Origin: a virus
Lineage: Duplodnaviria > Caudoviricetes
DNA: 29,230 bases
Strand: one strand, 5' to 3'
Virus record (IMG/VR): IMGVR_UViG_3300048576_000607
Location: 1-29,230 of that record
Shown here: positions 20,401 through 26,618 of the stretch, one piece after another
Position numbering within the stretch: the first letter of the stretch is position 1
Layout of the letters: each line of letters starts with the position of its first letter
Position numbers and translations under genes: made by a program
The notes under the pieces: model-generated
Seen by the model: only the letters and a program-made list of their open reading frames with translations
Told to the model about the DNA's origin: nothing
The model's database searches: none

Positions 20401-23400
20401 CGGGAGGTCGAGGAGGAACTGAAAAAGGCCAGGAACGAGGACTTGGCCGCTGCGGCGCAGGCGGCGGAACCAGCCGGGGAAGAAGACGGCGGCCCCGCTG
20501 CCCGGTTGTTCCGGGCCGAGGCCAGCGCCGCCAAGGTCGCGCCGATAGCCAGGGCCGTGGCTGAGGAGTTGCGCAAGGGAATCGCGCAGTTCCCGGCGCT
20601 TCGCGGCATCGTGGACATTTACCATGCCGAGTCCGACCTGCCGGCGAATCTGCGGCGCGAGGTCGAGGAGGCGGGCGTTTCGGGGCGGTTCTACGGGGCC
20701 TATAACCCCGAAACCAAGCGCATCGCGCTTGTAGCCGGGAATATCCCCACGGAAAAGGCCGGGCAAGTCGCGTTCGTTCAAACGTTGCTGCGCCACGAGG
20801 GCCGGCACGGCGGGCTCGACCTGGTGCTCGGGGGCCGGGAGGCGCGGCAGGAGTACATGACCCGGGCCGCGCATGCCATGCCGCGCCAGGTTTCCCTGTG
20901 GCTGGAACGCCAAGGCCTCGACTCCACGCGCGCGACCCGGGCCGAAGCGGCCGAGGAGATACTCGTTTCCTGGGCCAAGGACGGCACGGTCCACCGGGTG
21001 CTGGATCGCCTGCTGGCCAAAATGGCCGAGTGGGTCCGTTCCGTTTTCCCGAGTCTGAAGCTGACCAAGGCCGAGCTGCGCCAGATCCTGGCGTCGGCCG
21101 ACGACTTCGTGGACGGCAAGGGGCTGAATTTCGTCGCGCCGGTCGGCCAGTCGTTCGCCGCCGCGCCGGCCTTCGCGCGCGAGGAGACGCGGTTTGCCCG
21201 GGCCGGCGAACTGGCCGGCGTGCCGGCGGAAAAAGAAGACGTGGCCACCTGGTTCAAAGGCGAGGTCACGGCCCATGTCCGTTCCTTCCTGCCGACCCTG
21301 CGCGGGACGCTCAAGGAGACCGCCACTCTCGGCAAAATCCTGCGGTCGCCGGAGTATTGGAAGCATCCGGTCCTTAAGCGGCTCTACGAGATTTTCCGCG
21401 ACCGCACGGACCAGGCCCATGAGCTGCTGCACGCGGCCTTCGACCTGGGCGATGGCCGCACCATCGCCCTGGCGGCCAAGGAAGTCTTCAAGGAGAAGGG
21501 GCAACGGGAAATCCTGAACCGGGGCGTGGACTACGCCGACGTGAACGAGGTCAAGCCCGAGGAAATGGAGACATGGTTCCGGGAGCATGGCGCGACCGAA
21601 GCGACCATCGGCCTTTGGCGCTCGATGCGCGACGGCTACGACATGCTCCTCGATGCGCGGCTGAAATCCTACCGCGCGCTCATGGGCAAGGCCCGGGACA
21701 CCTACGGCCGCAAGATCGTCCGGCGTTTGATCGAAGCCGGCATTCCGGCCAAGGAAGCCAGGACGTTCGATGCGAAGGCCTACCATGCGGACAAGACCCT
21801 TTCCGACGAGCTTGCGCCCTACGCTCGGCAGGTGGCCGGAGTGGTGGCCACGGCGCGCAAAGCCGGCATCACCATCCAGGGCCAGCTTGCCGACGTGCGG
21901 TTGACTGGCGAGGACGGCGCGTCGTTCTCGCTCAAGGAGCTTATTGAGCGCATGGGGCAGCTTCGCGGCTTCTACGCGCCACGTTTGCGCGAAACCGGTG
22001 AGTATGTGGTGCGCGGGCAGCGCACGGGCCCGGACGGCGAACTGGAGCGTTTCCGGGCGCACAAGGAGTGGCGTTCCGGGGCAGAATCGCTACGGGCGAA
22101 GATGGAGCGGACCGGCTGGGACATGGAGCCGGTCGGGCGGATCGAGAAATTGCCCGAGGCCACGCAGGGAATCGTCAAAGCCCTGGAACTGGCCAAGACC
22201 GTGGAAAGCGCCGTCAACCAAGTGGGCGAGGACGTGGACGCCGGGCTGGTCCAGGAGCTGCTCGAAACCCTGGCCGACGAGGTCAAGGCGCGGGGCTTCA
22301 GGGCGCAGTCCATCCGGCGCACCGGCCGCCACGGCGACGTGGTGCAAGGTTATTTCAAGGACGCCCTGGAGCGGTACACCCGGTACGCCGGGGCCACGGC
22401 CTACGGCCTGGCCAAGATGGAGGCGGCGGGAAAGGCGGCCAAGGCCCTTTTCGGCCAGGACGGCGCTACGGGTATCGACATCCGCAAGGAACGCGACGTC
22501 TACCGGCTGGCCGTGGATTATCTTGCGGAGAACCTACGCAACGCCGAGGCCGGGGACAGGGTCTTCAGCCTGGCCAAGTCGGTGGCCAGCCTCAAATACC
22601 TGGGGCTCAATCCCAGGTCTGCCTTGGTCAACCTCTCCTCCATGGCCACCTCCGTGCCGGCGGCGCTTCACGCCTACGCCCTGGAGGGCAAGGGCGGCTG
22701 GGCCAGGATCGGCCGGGAGACGGCCCGGGCCATGGCCGACTACCTGGGCGTGATGACCGGCAAGTGGGGCTCGTTTACGGCGGACGAAAAGCGGTTCCTG
22801 GAGGGCATCCGCAAAGAATCCCTGGACGATCCGCAATTCGCCCGGGAGGCCCTGTCCACCTACCGCGACACGGCCGGGAAAAGCTGGTCCTGGCTCATGG
22901 GCAAAACCCTGGCCCTTTTCGGGGCGACCGAGCAGCTCAACCGGGGTTCGACGCTCCTGGCCGCCTACCGACTGGCCAGGCAAGCCGGCGCGGACCACGA
23001 GACGGCCATGGCCCGGGCGCGCGAGACGTCCGACCGGGCGCACGGCGTCTACGACCGGGCGACCCAGCCCGCCTGGACCTGGGGCACGTCGGCTGGGTCC
23101 CGGCTTGGCCAGAGTTGGTACGTCTACAAGAAATATGGCCACAACTACCTCCAGCTCGTCCATGAGCTCTTCCAGAAAAAAGACTGGCAGGCGGCTACCT
23201 TCGCCCTGGCCGCGCCCATGGCGCTCGGCGGCTTGGGAAGCCAGGTCCTGACGTCCATCGTCAAGGCGTTGTTCGTTGCCGGCGGTTCCGATGATGACCC
23301 GGAAAAATGGCTCTATGACTTCATCCGCCGCAACATGGGCGACAAGGGGGAGGAATTGGCCCGGTTCGGCCTGCTGGGGCTCGTGACCGGCACGGACATG

Positions 23401-24342
23401 TCCGGCTCCATCGGCACCATGATCGACACGCCGGACACCGTAACCGACGTGCTCGGCCCCATGGGCGGCATGGCCCGGGACGTGCTGGCCGGCATCGGCT
23501 TTTTCGCGGCCGGCCAGCCGGGCCGGGGCGCGGAAAAAATCCTGCCGACCGGCCTGTCCAAGATCCTGCAAGCCGCGCGCGAATCCTCCCAGGGCGTGTC
23601 CACCTCGAAGAACTTCCCTGTCGTGGGGCCGGACGGCAAGCGGCTGATGCCGACGGACGGCGAGTCCGCGGCCAAGGCGCTCGGCTTCCGCCCGGCGCGT
23701 GAAGCCACGGCCCGGGCCCGGACCTCGGAGGCCATCGAGGAAGAGAAGCGGTGGTCCGAAAAGCGGGACAATATCTACTCGCGATTCCGGGCGTTCACGC
23801 TGGCCGGCGGCAAGGACGCCGACGAGCGGCAGTCCCTGGTCGCGGTCGTGGCCGAGTACAACAAGGGCGTGGCCGATGCGGGCCTCTCCGGCCGGGTGTC
23901 CTATATCACCCGCGAGTCGCTCCTGCGCCAGGCCGAACGGTTGGCCCGGCCGACGAAACGCGAGCAGGCGCGGCTTGGCGACAAACCCGGCGTGGCCAAA
24001 TCCTATGCGTCGGTTTCCGGCGAAGACATCGAGGATTTTTCCCACCCCTATTTCGCCGTGCGCCGGGACTATGCCGAAGCCAAGGAACGCTATGACGCTC
24101 TGCGCCAGGCCGGGGACCTGGAGGGAGCGGCGGTCCTGCGCGGCGAAGCCCGGTTGCCGCTCCTGCGCAGGCTGATCGGGCGCGTCTCTTCCGTGCGCGA
24201 GGAGATGGGCAAGGTGCGCTCCAGCCGTCTGTCGGACGAGGTGAAGTCGCGCCGGCTGGAAGTGCTTCGGGAACGCGAGCGGCTGGAAATGGACAGGGCC
24301 GCGCGCACGGCGTCGGGAATGCAGGCGGCCGGAAGGGAGTGA
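11497..24342 (+). CDS. Giant polyvalent DarB-like virion protein (4281 aa): Rho_N-like repeats, N6-adenine DNA methyltransferase, SF2/SNF2-type helicase, HExxH metallopeptidase-like domain, PLxRFG-like C-terminal region
   Basis: GGAGGG RBS; uninterrupted 12.8-kb ORF. MTase motif I VEPAAGIGHF (about 15895) and motif IV SNVPF (16093-16107). Helicase Walker A AHGVGAGKT (17947), Walker B VDEAH (18451), motif III ATGTP (18604), motif VI QRNGRIRRQGN (19453). HEGRH at 20794 with downstream EAAEE. FYAPRLRETGEYVV at about 21970. Confidence 0.9.
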   Translation: MAIDLAKYRDENSDYYGGSTLADVAADLHERSGAAATGETLDQFNKRYGFDGQIVEESKPQGGGGFGLQESRPTVGDYARSVGVGLDQFGQVLGRGMQWAGLERAGKAVEDIYKEREAATRGEQSEAYKAELAKPFTEKRTDGSGLFGYGLGPGATSPAKIVGSIIESAPAMAAAGGPSVAMTKGLVGLGLNAGVAGIVGSGFGEGAIGGLYAAKEGEDQILEAPDDVLRQHPDYQQALAELPADMPEGARHAAAKASVARSEALRSGLLVGGTTALLGAPSGHFLGKSVGGETGKTLLRTIGKQGALEAVQEASQNAVEKVIHNLAAQKYINPDQDLFEGVVEEAASGAITGGAMGLGMGGSAHNAEALKFRREFQTETGKALKSGAVGQLADADLDRAYQVADGLYREEPEDGLREVLLGLNAEQRRRQNEARGFPLNEVLADEEAARAAAEQTAEADAAPEPARPPAGPDRAAELAKLSKRQLNDLASGLGIGTPGRIKRDALVASVLQAEEAARKWNEPDAVEARYLEAHAAPFPASQDDFLGQAAPTPVGAAEAVAETAVQEPLLQDGFSEGAAPPDRAAELTDLSHSELRRMAASLGIEKPGRMRRDALVPAIVAAEERARQFYEPENIEARYQEEHAAPFPGQLDGFLDGAAPTGRRARSRKVGPAATETVQASQAAPGAATPEQASTASPTGEIPLVEAGAEPAAPEAQAPSSVPPSRPALVEQTPEGALPTGEVPLVEAGQEIEAGNGQPESAPNVEAPGNEAAHSLNETPPARPAEDLAAKSKRELNALAVALGVERPGGIRREDLVGRIEQARQEPAAQGQPEAPIGQTPAAARPQTEQARPWMREAGEKATVGALLRADDHMVARKSVEGQVVHFEIPGLEDVGFVAHPDLNGGQGWTVTETQSGTAAVMGAATKQEALKAVHDRLAGFDVQTFRANRDDLVARLGSAEQTTPAQPATKPQEQTMQPAPGASAPSQEGPRYAMSLRETTHAKRGHPLYVVTLDERTSSEAYQGLKKEFTKLGGYWSRYKGRGAIVGIQFTDKAKAEAFLDRFGKKRAVQEAATERALAPAEEPRPSSSPEQPTAKPLGVNSEGNQVFEDERGNRSVREGEVHIKAPVPVRPTRAGVVAEAHGPEQLYRDGHREFLTKEELAAFERPESSTPAGEGLNSTKEDQGARDDDARAHPDRSRPDVGLEGPSDVAPGEQAPGDVGGLPDESGRPERGDRPEDVAVVKRPGASQSPESPGGRDSGGDAGGGRAVGRPGLERGESARTPAPAKGKPDLGVVGEPAAPKDHGPSGRNLSRDHNHRIAPDDVLVPGGNATRAKANLSAVRLLKELEAQKRLPTPQERKVLAQFSGWGSLAEEVFKADFENLANRYGGEVPASERNRYHQPFLEKYDAWRRRYGELHPNIGGLFSKEEWDAAKRSTLNAHYTDRDVVTAMWDMVQQLGFTGGQVVEPAAGIGHFFGLMPENLAAASHLKGVELDSVTGRLLDKLYPAADIQVTGFQDAKRMGNNTADLVISNVPFGDFPVYDKAHKDYSGWSIHNYFLARALDVVRPGGLVAAITSHYTMDTTRWGKVREYLAGKADLVGAVRLPGTAFSKNAGTDVTTDILVLRKKDGRPFEGQPWRQVEKVETPEGQAGVNEYFVAHPEMVLGRHSLTGSMHGGLEYTVLPDKTRPIIEQVREAVAQLPVDIMGEGAANQPKPLPQALGERADEDMREGTLVVRDGNVFAVEDGRLARPEWQDGKLAESRSAIARQYVGVKAAAQDLVRAMLSEESTDADVAAKQKELGRLYEAFVKKHGPFLDNRKLTFLRDDVEYPNVLALEKKEDAVDGERKTIVTKADIFTKRTIRPFVEPRTAASTEDAVKISLLYRGNVDAAKIGELLGLPEAEARRQLVETGAAYENPETGLLETPQEYLSGNVRQKLQVARDSAESNPDYKRNLDALEAVQPPKKPVSRIDARLGATWIPDNVVSAFMEHMGVRWGKAVQTRTRAGEDGLSSWDVKGSLTQEAQNRWTVGDTDLLDILKDSLNLKLSKAYKYLPDGKGGRERVVDQEGTLLVQEKQKALQEEFLKFARETPKVATELENLYDERFGGQIPREYNIPDVAHYPGAVDTITLRDHQKRGVSRGLQENTLFAHGVGAGKTYLVTTLAMEARRLGTAKKPMIVVQGATLEQFASAFKRLYPAANVLAPNAEDRTRANRQRLLSQIATGDWDAVIVPHSFFNGLAISPEREAAFIEEDLDALRADLREAQADKSQERGRKSPRVKQIEKMMLKREARLKALLDARKDENVFFEDTGVDMLVVDEAHAYKRGDFVTKMDNVKGLDRDSSQRSMQLLLKSRYIAEKTGGKNVHLATGTPVSNTLAELWTALRYIRPDLLERFNVTQFDDFASTFCATKTDIEETATGDYKPVTRFNRYQNLGELISMWKAGADIVLAEDLDYIKDIPKLKGGRPQEVSLERNPELTGYIQHLKQWRMEWEHLSGKEKREQSHVPLLIYNLAQKAALDMRLVNPELEEAPGGKLDAAAGEIFKRYQAHQDTRAAQAVFSDIYQSSDKSFNIWKDLKAKLVAKGIPAKEIAIIYDFNEKAREKLFEAVNVGDVRVVMGSTEKLGVGVNIQERLAALHHLSPPVRPMDWEQRNGRIRRQGNMFDEVEVLAYGVKNTLDSVSFNILQNKQKFINQLLRGEIDGDVMENPFDDVQLSFEDMMAAFSGNPLAMERVKLEGQVRDLGRLRQAFQDEKAGRIRQLDLLRESRIPDIEKSLAAAEKEVDRLRDSFPDLKAETFTLKDGTFEKKDFTRKLTDWYDGIKGRLEKETVGKTVAHYEGVRSGGKFGGAVTFETGGHEVEIKVRPVPSSLVGADSNRGDGLAKVTEATLTGSFTVTAKSGETLFERNFGAPSGFVRSFNNGLEELSREPERIQGQLDRARESATSLERLVEEKFSREAEYEQASERLREVEEELKKARNEDLAAAAQAAEPAGEEDGGPAARLFRAEASAAKVAPIARAVAEELRKGIAQFPALRGIVDIYHAESDLPANLRREVEEAGVSGRFYGAYNPETKRIALVAGNIPTEKAGQVAFVQTLLRHEGRHGGLDLVLGGREARQEYMTRAAHAMPRQVSLWLERQGLDSTRATRAEAAEEILVSWAKDGTVHRVLDRLLAKMAEWVRSVFPSLKLTKAELRQILASADDFVDGKGLNFVAPVGQSFAAAPAFAREETRFARAGELAGVPAEKEDVATWFKGEVTAHVRSFLPTLRGTLKETATLGKILRSPEYWKHPVLKRLYEIFRDRTDQAHELLHAAFDLGDGRTIALAAKEVFKEKGQREILNRGVDYADVNEVKPEEMETWFREHGATEATIGLWRSMRDGYDMLLDARLKSYRALMGKARDTYGRKIVRRLIEAGIPAKEARTFDAKAYHADKTLSDELAPYARQVAGVVATARKAGITIQGQLADVRLTGEDGASFSLKELIERMGQLRGFYAPRLRETGEYVVRGQRTGPDGELERFRAHKEWRSGAESLRAKMERTGWDMEPVGRIEKLPEATQGIVKALELAKTVESAVNQVGEDVDAGLVQELLETLADEVKARGFRAQSIRRTGRHGDVVQGYFKDALERYTRYAGATAYGLAKMEAAGKAAKALFGQDGATGIDIRKERDVYRLAVDYLAENLRNAEAGDRVFSLAKSVASLKYLGLNPRSALVNLSSMATSVPAALHAYALEGKGGWARIGRETARAMADYLGVMTGKWGSFTADEKRFLEGIRKESLDDPQFAREALSTYRDTAGKSWSWLMGKTLALFGATEQLNRGSTLLAAYRLARQAGADHETAMARARETSDRAHGVYDRATQPAWTWGTSAGSRLGQSWYVYKKYGHNYLQLVHELFQKKDWQAATFALAAPMALGGLGSQVLTSIVKALFVAGGSDDDPEKWLYDFIRRNMGDKGEELARFGLLGLVTGTDMSGSIGTMIDTPDTVTDVLGPMGGMARDVLAGIGFFAAGQPGRGAEKILPTGLSKILQAARESSQGVSTSKNFPVVGPDGKRLMPTDGESAAKALGFRPAREATARARTSEAIEEEKRWSEKRDNIYSRFRAFTLAGGKDADERQSLVAVVAEYNKGVADAGLSGRVSYITRESLLRQAERLARPTKREQARLGDKPGVAKSYASVSGEDIEDFSHPYFAVRRDYAEAKERYDALRQAGDLEGAAVLRGEARLPLLRRLIGRVSSVREEMGKVRSSRLSDEVKSRRLEVLRERERLEMDRAARTASGMQAAGRE
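12910..13974 (+). repeat. Three Rho-N/HeH-like helical repeats inside the giant protein (about 12910-13152, 13237-13479, 13846-13974)
   Basis: ELAKLSKRQLNDLASGLGIGTPGRIKRDALVASV / ELTDLSHSELRRMAASLGIEKPGRMRRDALVPAI / DLAAKSKRELNALAVALGVERPGGIRREDLVGRI. The first two also share the downstream EARY.E.HAAPFP...FL..AAPT. Confidence 0.75.
15062..15457 (+). CDS. Nested +1-frame gene inside the giant ORF (131 aa, weakly TnpV-like helical protein)
   Basis: AGGAG at 15051-15055, 6 nt before the ATG. Most codons in this frame end in G/C and give a globular-looking protein (WKAHLTWLLENKPQ...AIREAMLAVV), while the giant-ORF frame here reads as G/R/P/D low-complexity linker. Confidence 0.7.
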   Translation: MTMPVHTLTDPDRMWDWKAHLTWLLENKPQETWEDFQTNPDGLKEAIDRKTLQSSNVLARLKARNLPEDAIREAMLAVVAPSDGPALNAENPPEPLPRQKESRIWAWWENLPPRKITVLPDGTYRETITTA

Positions 24343-24344
24343 GC

Positions 24345-24635
24345 ATGTCGAGGAAAAAGCCCTACGTCGGTGACATCGGCACCGACATCATTCTGGATGT
24401 GCACGAGGACCTGACCGGCGCGACGGTCGGGATCTCCGTCCGCAAACCGTCAGGGGCCACGGTCGTCTGGCCGGCGGCGGTCTACGAATCCCGGTCCGTA
24501 CGGCACACGGCGGTGGCCGGGGATTTCAACGAGGCCGGCGTCTACCGCGTGCAGCCCGCCATCTCCCTGGCCGACGGCACGTGGTCGGGCCTGGGGGCGA
24601 CGGCGGAATTCCGTGTGTACGGCAAACACCAATAA
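24345..24635 (+). CDS. Small tail protein, BppU-N/Ig-like (96 aa)
   Basis: GGGAG RBS. YVGDIGTDIILD...LTGATVGISVRKPSG...GDFNEAGVYRVQ is typical of BppU-N-like phage domains. Confidence 0.7.
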   Translation: MSRKKPYVGDIGTDIILDVHEDLTGATVGISVRKPSGATVVWPAAVYESRSVRHTAVAGDFNEAGVYRVQPAISLADGTWSGLGATAEFRVYGKHQ

Positions 24636-24647
24636 AAGGAGCGTTTC

Positions 24648-25007
24648 ATGGGCGCATTGACTGCTTCCGGGAAAAACACGGTCCTGGACTCCGGCCTCCC
24701 CGCCAACCTGTACGCGGCCCTGCATGGCGGCGCGCCGGGCGCGGACGGATCGGGCAACGAGCTTGCCGGCGGCACGCCGGCCTATGCCCGCAAGGCGGTC
24801 GCCATGGCCGCCGCGTCGGCCGGGGCTCGGGCGATCGGCGCAGGGGTGACGTTCGATGTGCCGGCGTCATCCACGGTCGCCTTTGTGAGCCTGTGGACGG
24901 CGGCGACCGGCGGCACGTGCGTGGCCACTGATGACGTGACCAGCGAATCCTTTACCGGCCAGGGCACCTACAACCTGACCGCCTTTACCGTCTCGCTGGC
25001 CGACTAG
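24648..25007 (+). CDS. Phage tail-fibre-associated structural protein (119 aa)
   Basis: AAGGAG RBS. LYAALHGGAPG..GNE...YARKAV...FDVP..TVAFVSLWTAATGG is the pattern of a widespread small tail protein family. Confidence 0.75.
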   Translation: MGALTASGKNTVLDSGLPANLYAALHGGAPGADGSGNELAGGTPAYARKAVAMAAASAGARAIGAGVTFDVPASSTVAFVSLWTAATGGTCVATDDVTSESFTGQGTYNLTAFTVSLAD

Positions 25008-25019
25008 GGAGGGGACCCC

Positions 25020-25850
25020 ATGCTTGGCCCCTGGGTCGATTACAATACCGCCTGGGTCGATTACGACGCGGCCTGGCAACCGACCGCAGCGGAATCCGCT
25101 TCCGGCGAAGCGGCGGCGGCTGGTGTCGCGTCCGCCGTCGCCTCGGGGGCAAAGCATGGCCGGGAGGCCGCGTCCGCGCATGGCGCGGCGCTGGATGCGG
25201 GGGCCGGTTCCAAGGGCGCTTTCGGGCAGGCCCAGACCGCGTCCGCAAACCAGGCCCAGGCGGCAGGGAGACGGCACGGTGCCGGGCAAGGGGCCGCCCT
25301 GGCCGATGTCGACGCCGTTGCCACGGGGCGCAAACACGTTTCCGGCCAGGCCGCCGCCCAGGTGTCTGCCTCCTGCGCCGCCGGCGGGTCGCGGCTGGTG
25401 GCCGGGGCAGCGGCTTCGGCGGCTTCGGCCGCCATCGCCGTCACTGGAACGAAGGCCGGGAGAAGCGCATCGGCTTCCATCGCGCATTCCGGCGCGGCTT
25501 CCGAAGGGTACAAGAAAGCGTCCGGCCAAGCCGTGATCGCGCAGCGCGCCCTGGCGTCGGCTGTCGGGGAAGCGCCGATGGCCGGGACCGCCTTTGCGGT
25601 GGGCCTGGTTTTCGCCCAGGCCTCGGGCTTCAAGGCGGCGATGGGCGAGGCCTCGGCGGCCGCCGTGACCCTGGCCATGGCCGTAGGCCCGGCCGCGCCG
25701 CTTGCCCCCGAGGTGATCCGTTTGTCGTGCCCGGTTGCCCGCATCCTCCGGGATTGCTGCCCCCTGGAGCGCACCATCAGTGCGGCCTGTCCCATCGCCC
25801 GGGATATCCGCCTGTCAACGCCGGTCGCGGAAACCAAGCCGTGGGGCTAG
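25020..25850 (+). CDS. Ala/Gly-rich repetitive tail-fibre-like protein (276 aa)
   Basis: GGGAGGGG RBS. About nine 20-aa repeats beginning xG-x-(K/R), four C-terminal 10-aa (C/T)P repeats and an N-terminal WVDY duplication. Confidence 0.7.
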   Translation: MLGPWVDYNTAWVDYDAAWQPTAAESASGEAAAAGVASAVASGAKHGREAASAHGAALDAGAGSKGAFGQAQTASANQAQAAGRRHGAGQGAALADVDAVATGRKHVSGQAAAQVSASCAAGGSRLVAGAAASAASAAIAVTGTKAGRSASASIAHSGAASEGYKKASGQAVIAQRALASAVGEAPMAGTAFAVGLVFAQASGFKAAMGEASAAAVTLAMAVGPAAPLAPEVIRLSCPVARILRDCCPLERTISAACPIARDIRLSTPVAETKPWG

Positions 25851-25877
25851 TTCCGAAGGACGGCAAAGAGGACCTCC

Positions 25878-26537
25878 ATGTCACTCTCCGATCGTATCGA
25901 GTACCGCACCTACAAGATCACCCTGGTCGAGCCGATATTGGGCTCGCTCCCGTCCCAGCGCCAGGTTTACCAGGACCTGGTGGCGGCCAAGGCTCCGGAG
26001 CCGGATGTCGAAGGCGTGGAAGAGATGGCCATGATCCCGGCGCTTCCAGAGGGTGCGGATGAGCGGACCACGGTCTTTCTGCGCAACAACGACGGGTGGT
26101 GTTCCCTCCTGGACTACCAGTTCCTCGGCTTCCTCAAGGAGGCGGGCAACACCCTCAAGGACATCGTGCGCTACGAGACCACGGGCAAACGGGCCAGGTC
26201 GACCAAGGAAGGCATCGCGGCGCTTCGGAACAAGCTGACCCGCTACGTGTTCTGCGGGCCGCGCATCATCCCCTTGCAGCAGGAGCCGAACGGGATCTTC
26301 AGGCGACCGCTCAGGCGGATCACGAAAGACGGTCCCATGAGCTGCATCGCCACGTCGGAAATCATCAACGCCGGCATTTCGTTCAATGTCTGGATCGGCC
26401 TTCTGCCGCATGGCGAGGTTAAGTGGAGCGTGGTCGAGCAGATCCTGGAATATGGTCAGATTAAAGGGCTTGGTCAATTTCGGGGTGGAGGCTTCGGTCG
26501 GTTCGCGTTCGACCTGGTCTCCCATAGTGCAACGTAA
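25878..26537 (+). CDS. Solo Cas7-group RAMP-like protein (219 aa)
   Basis: AGAGGA RBS. First RRM strand YKITLVEPILGS, helix LDYQFLGFLKEA, thumb-like RRPLRRITKDGPMSCIATSEIINAG, and terminal Gly-rich loop YGQIKGLGQFRGGGFGRF characteristic of RAMPs. Confidence 0.75.
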   Translation: MSLSDRIEYRTYKITLVEPILGSLPSQRQVYQDLVAAKAPEPDVEGVEEMAMIPALPEGADERTTVFLRNNDGWCSLLDYQFLGFLKEAGNTLKDIVRYETTGKRARSTKEGIAALRNKLTRYVFCGPRIIPLQQEPNGIFRRPLRRITKDGPMSCIATSEIINAGISFNVWIGLLPHGEVKWSVVEQILEYGQIKGLGQFRGGGFGRFAFDLVSHSAT

Positions 26538-26592
26538 AAGCTACGTCCGGTATCGTTGCGTGCCGCGACGCGCGGCTTGTTTCGATCAAGCC
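26528..26592 (+). ncRNA. Candidate small guide-like RNA: period-5 NGY-NN tract plus 3' hairpin
   Basis: Pentamers TGCAA CGTAA (A) AGCTA CGTCC GGTAT CGTTG CGTGC CGCGA CGCGC GGCTT, of which 8 are in strict register at 26539-26578. Hairpin GGCTTG-T-TTCG-A-T-CAAGCC at 26574-26592. Directly after the RAMP stop codon. Expression is not shown by the sequence. Confidence 0.55.
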
Positions 26593-26618
26593 CTTCAATC
26601 TGGCCGTAGGATGGACGC

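Noticed and set aside
26574-26600. Rho-independent terminator
   Set aside because: The stem is real but lacks a U-tract, and the next gene starts 27 nt later. Kept as an RNA hairpin instead.
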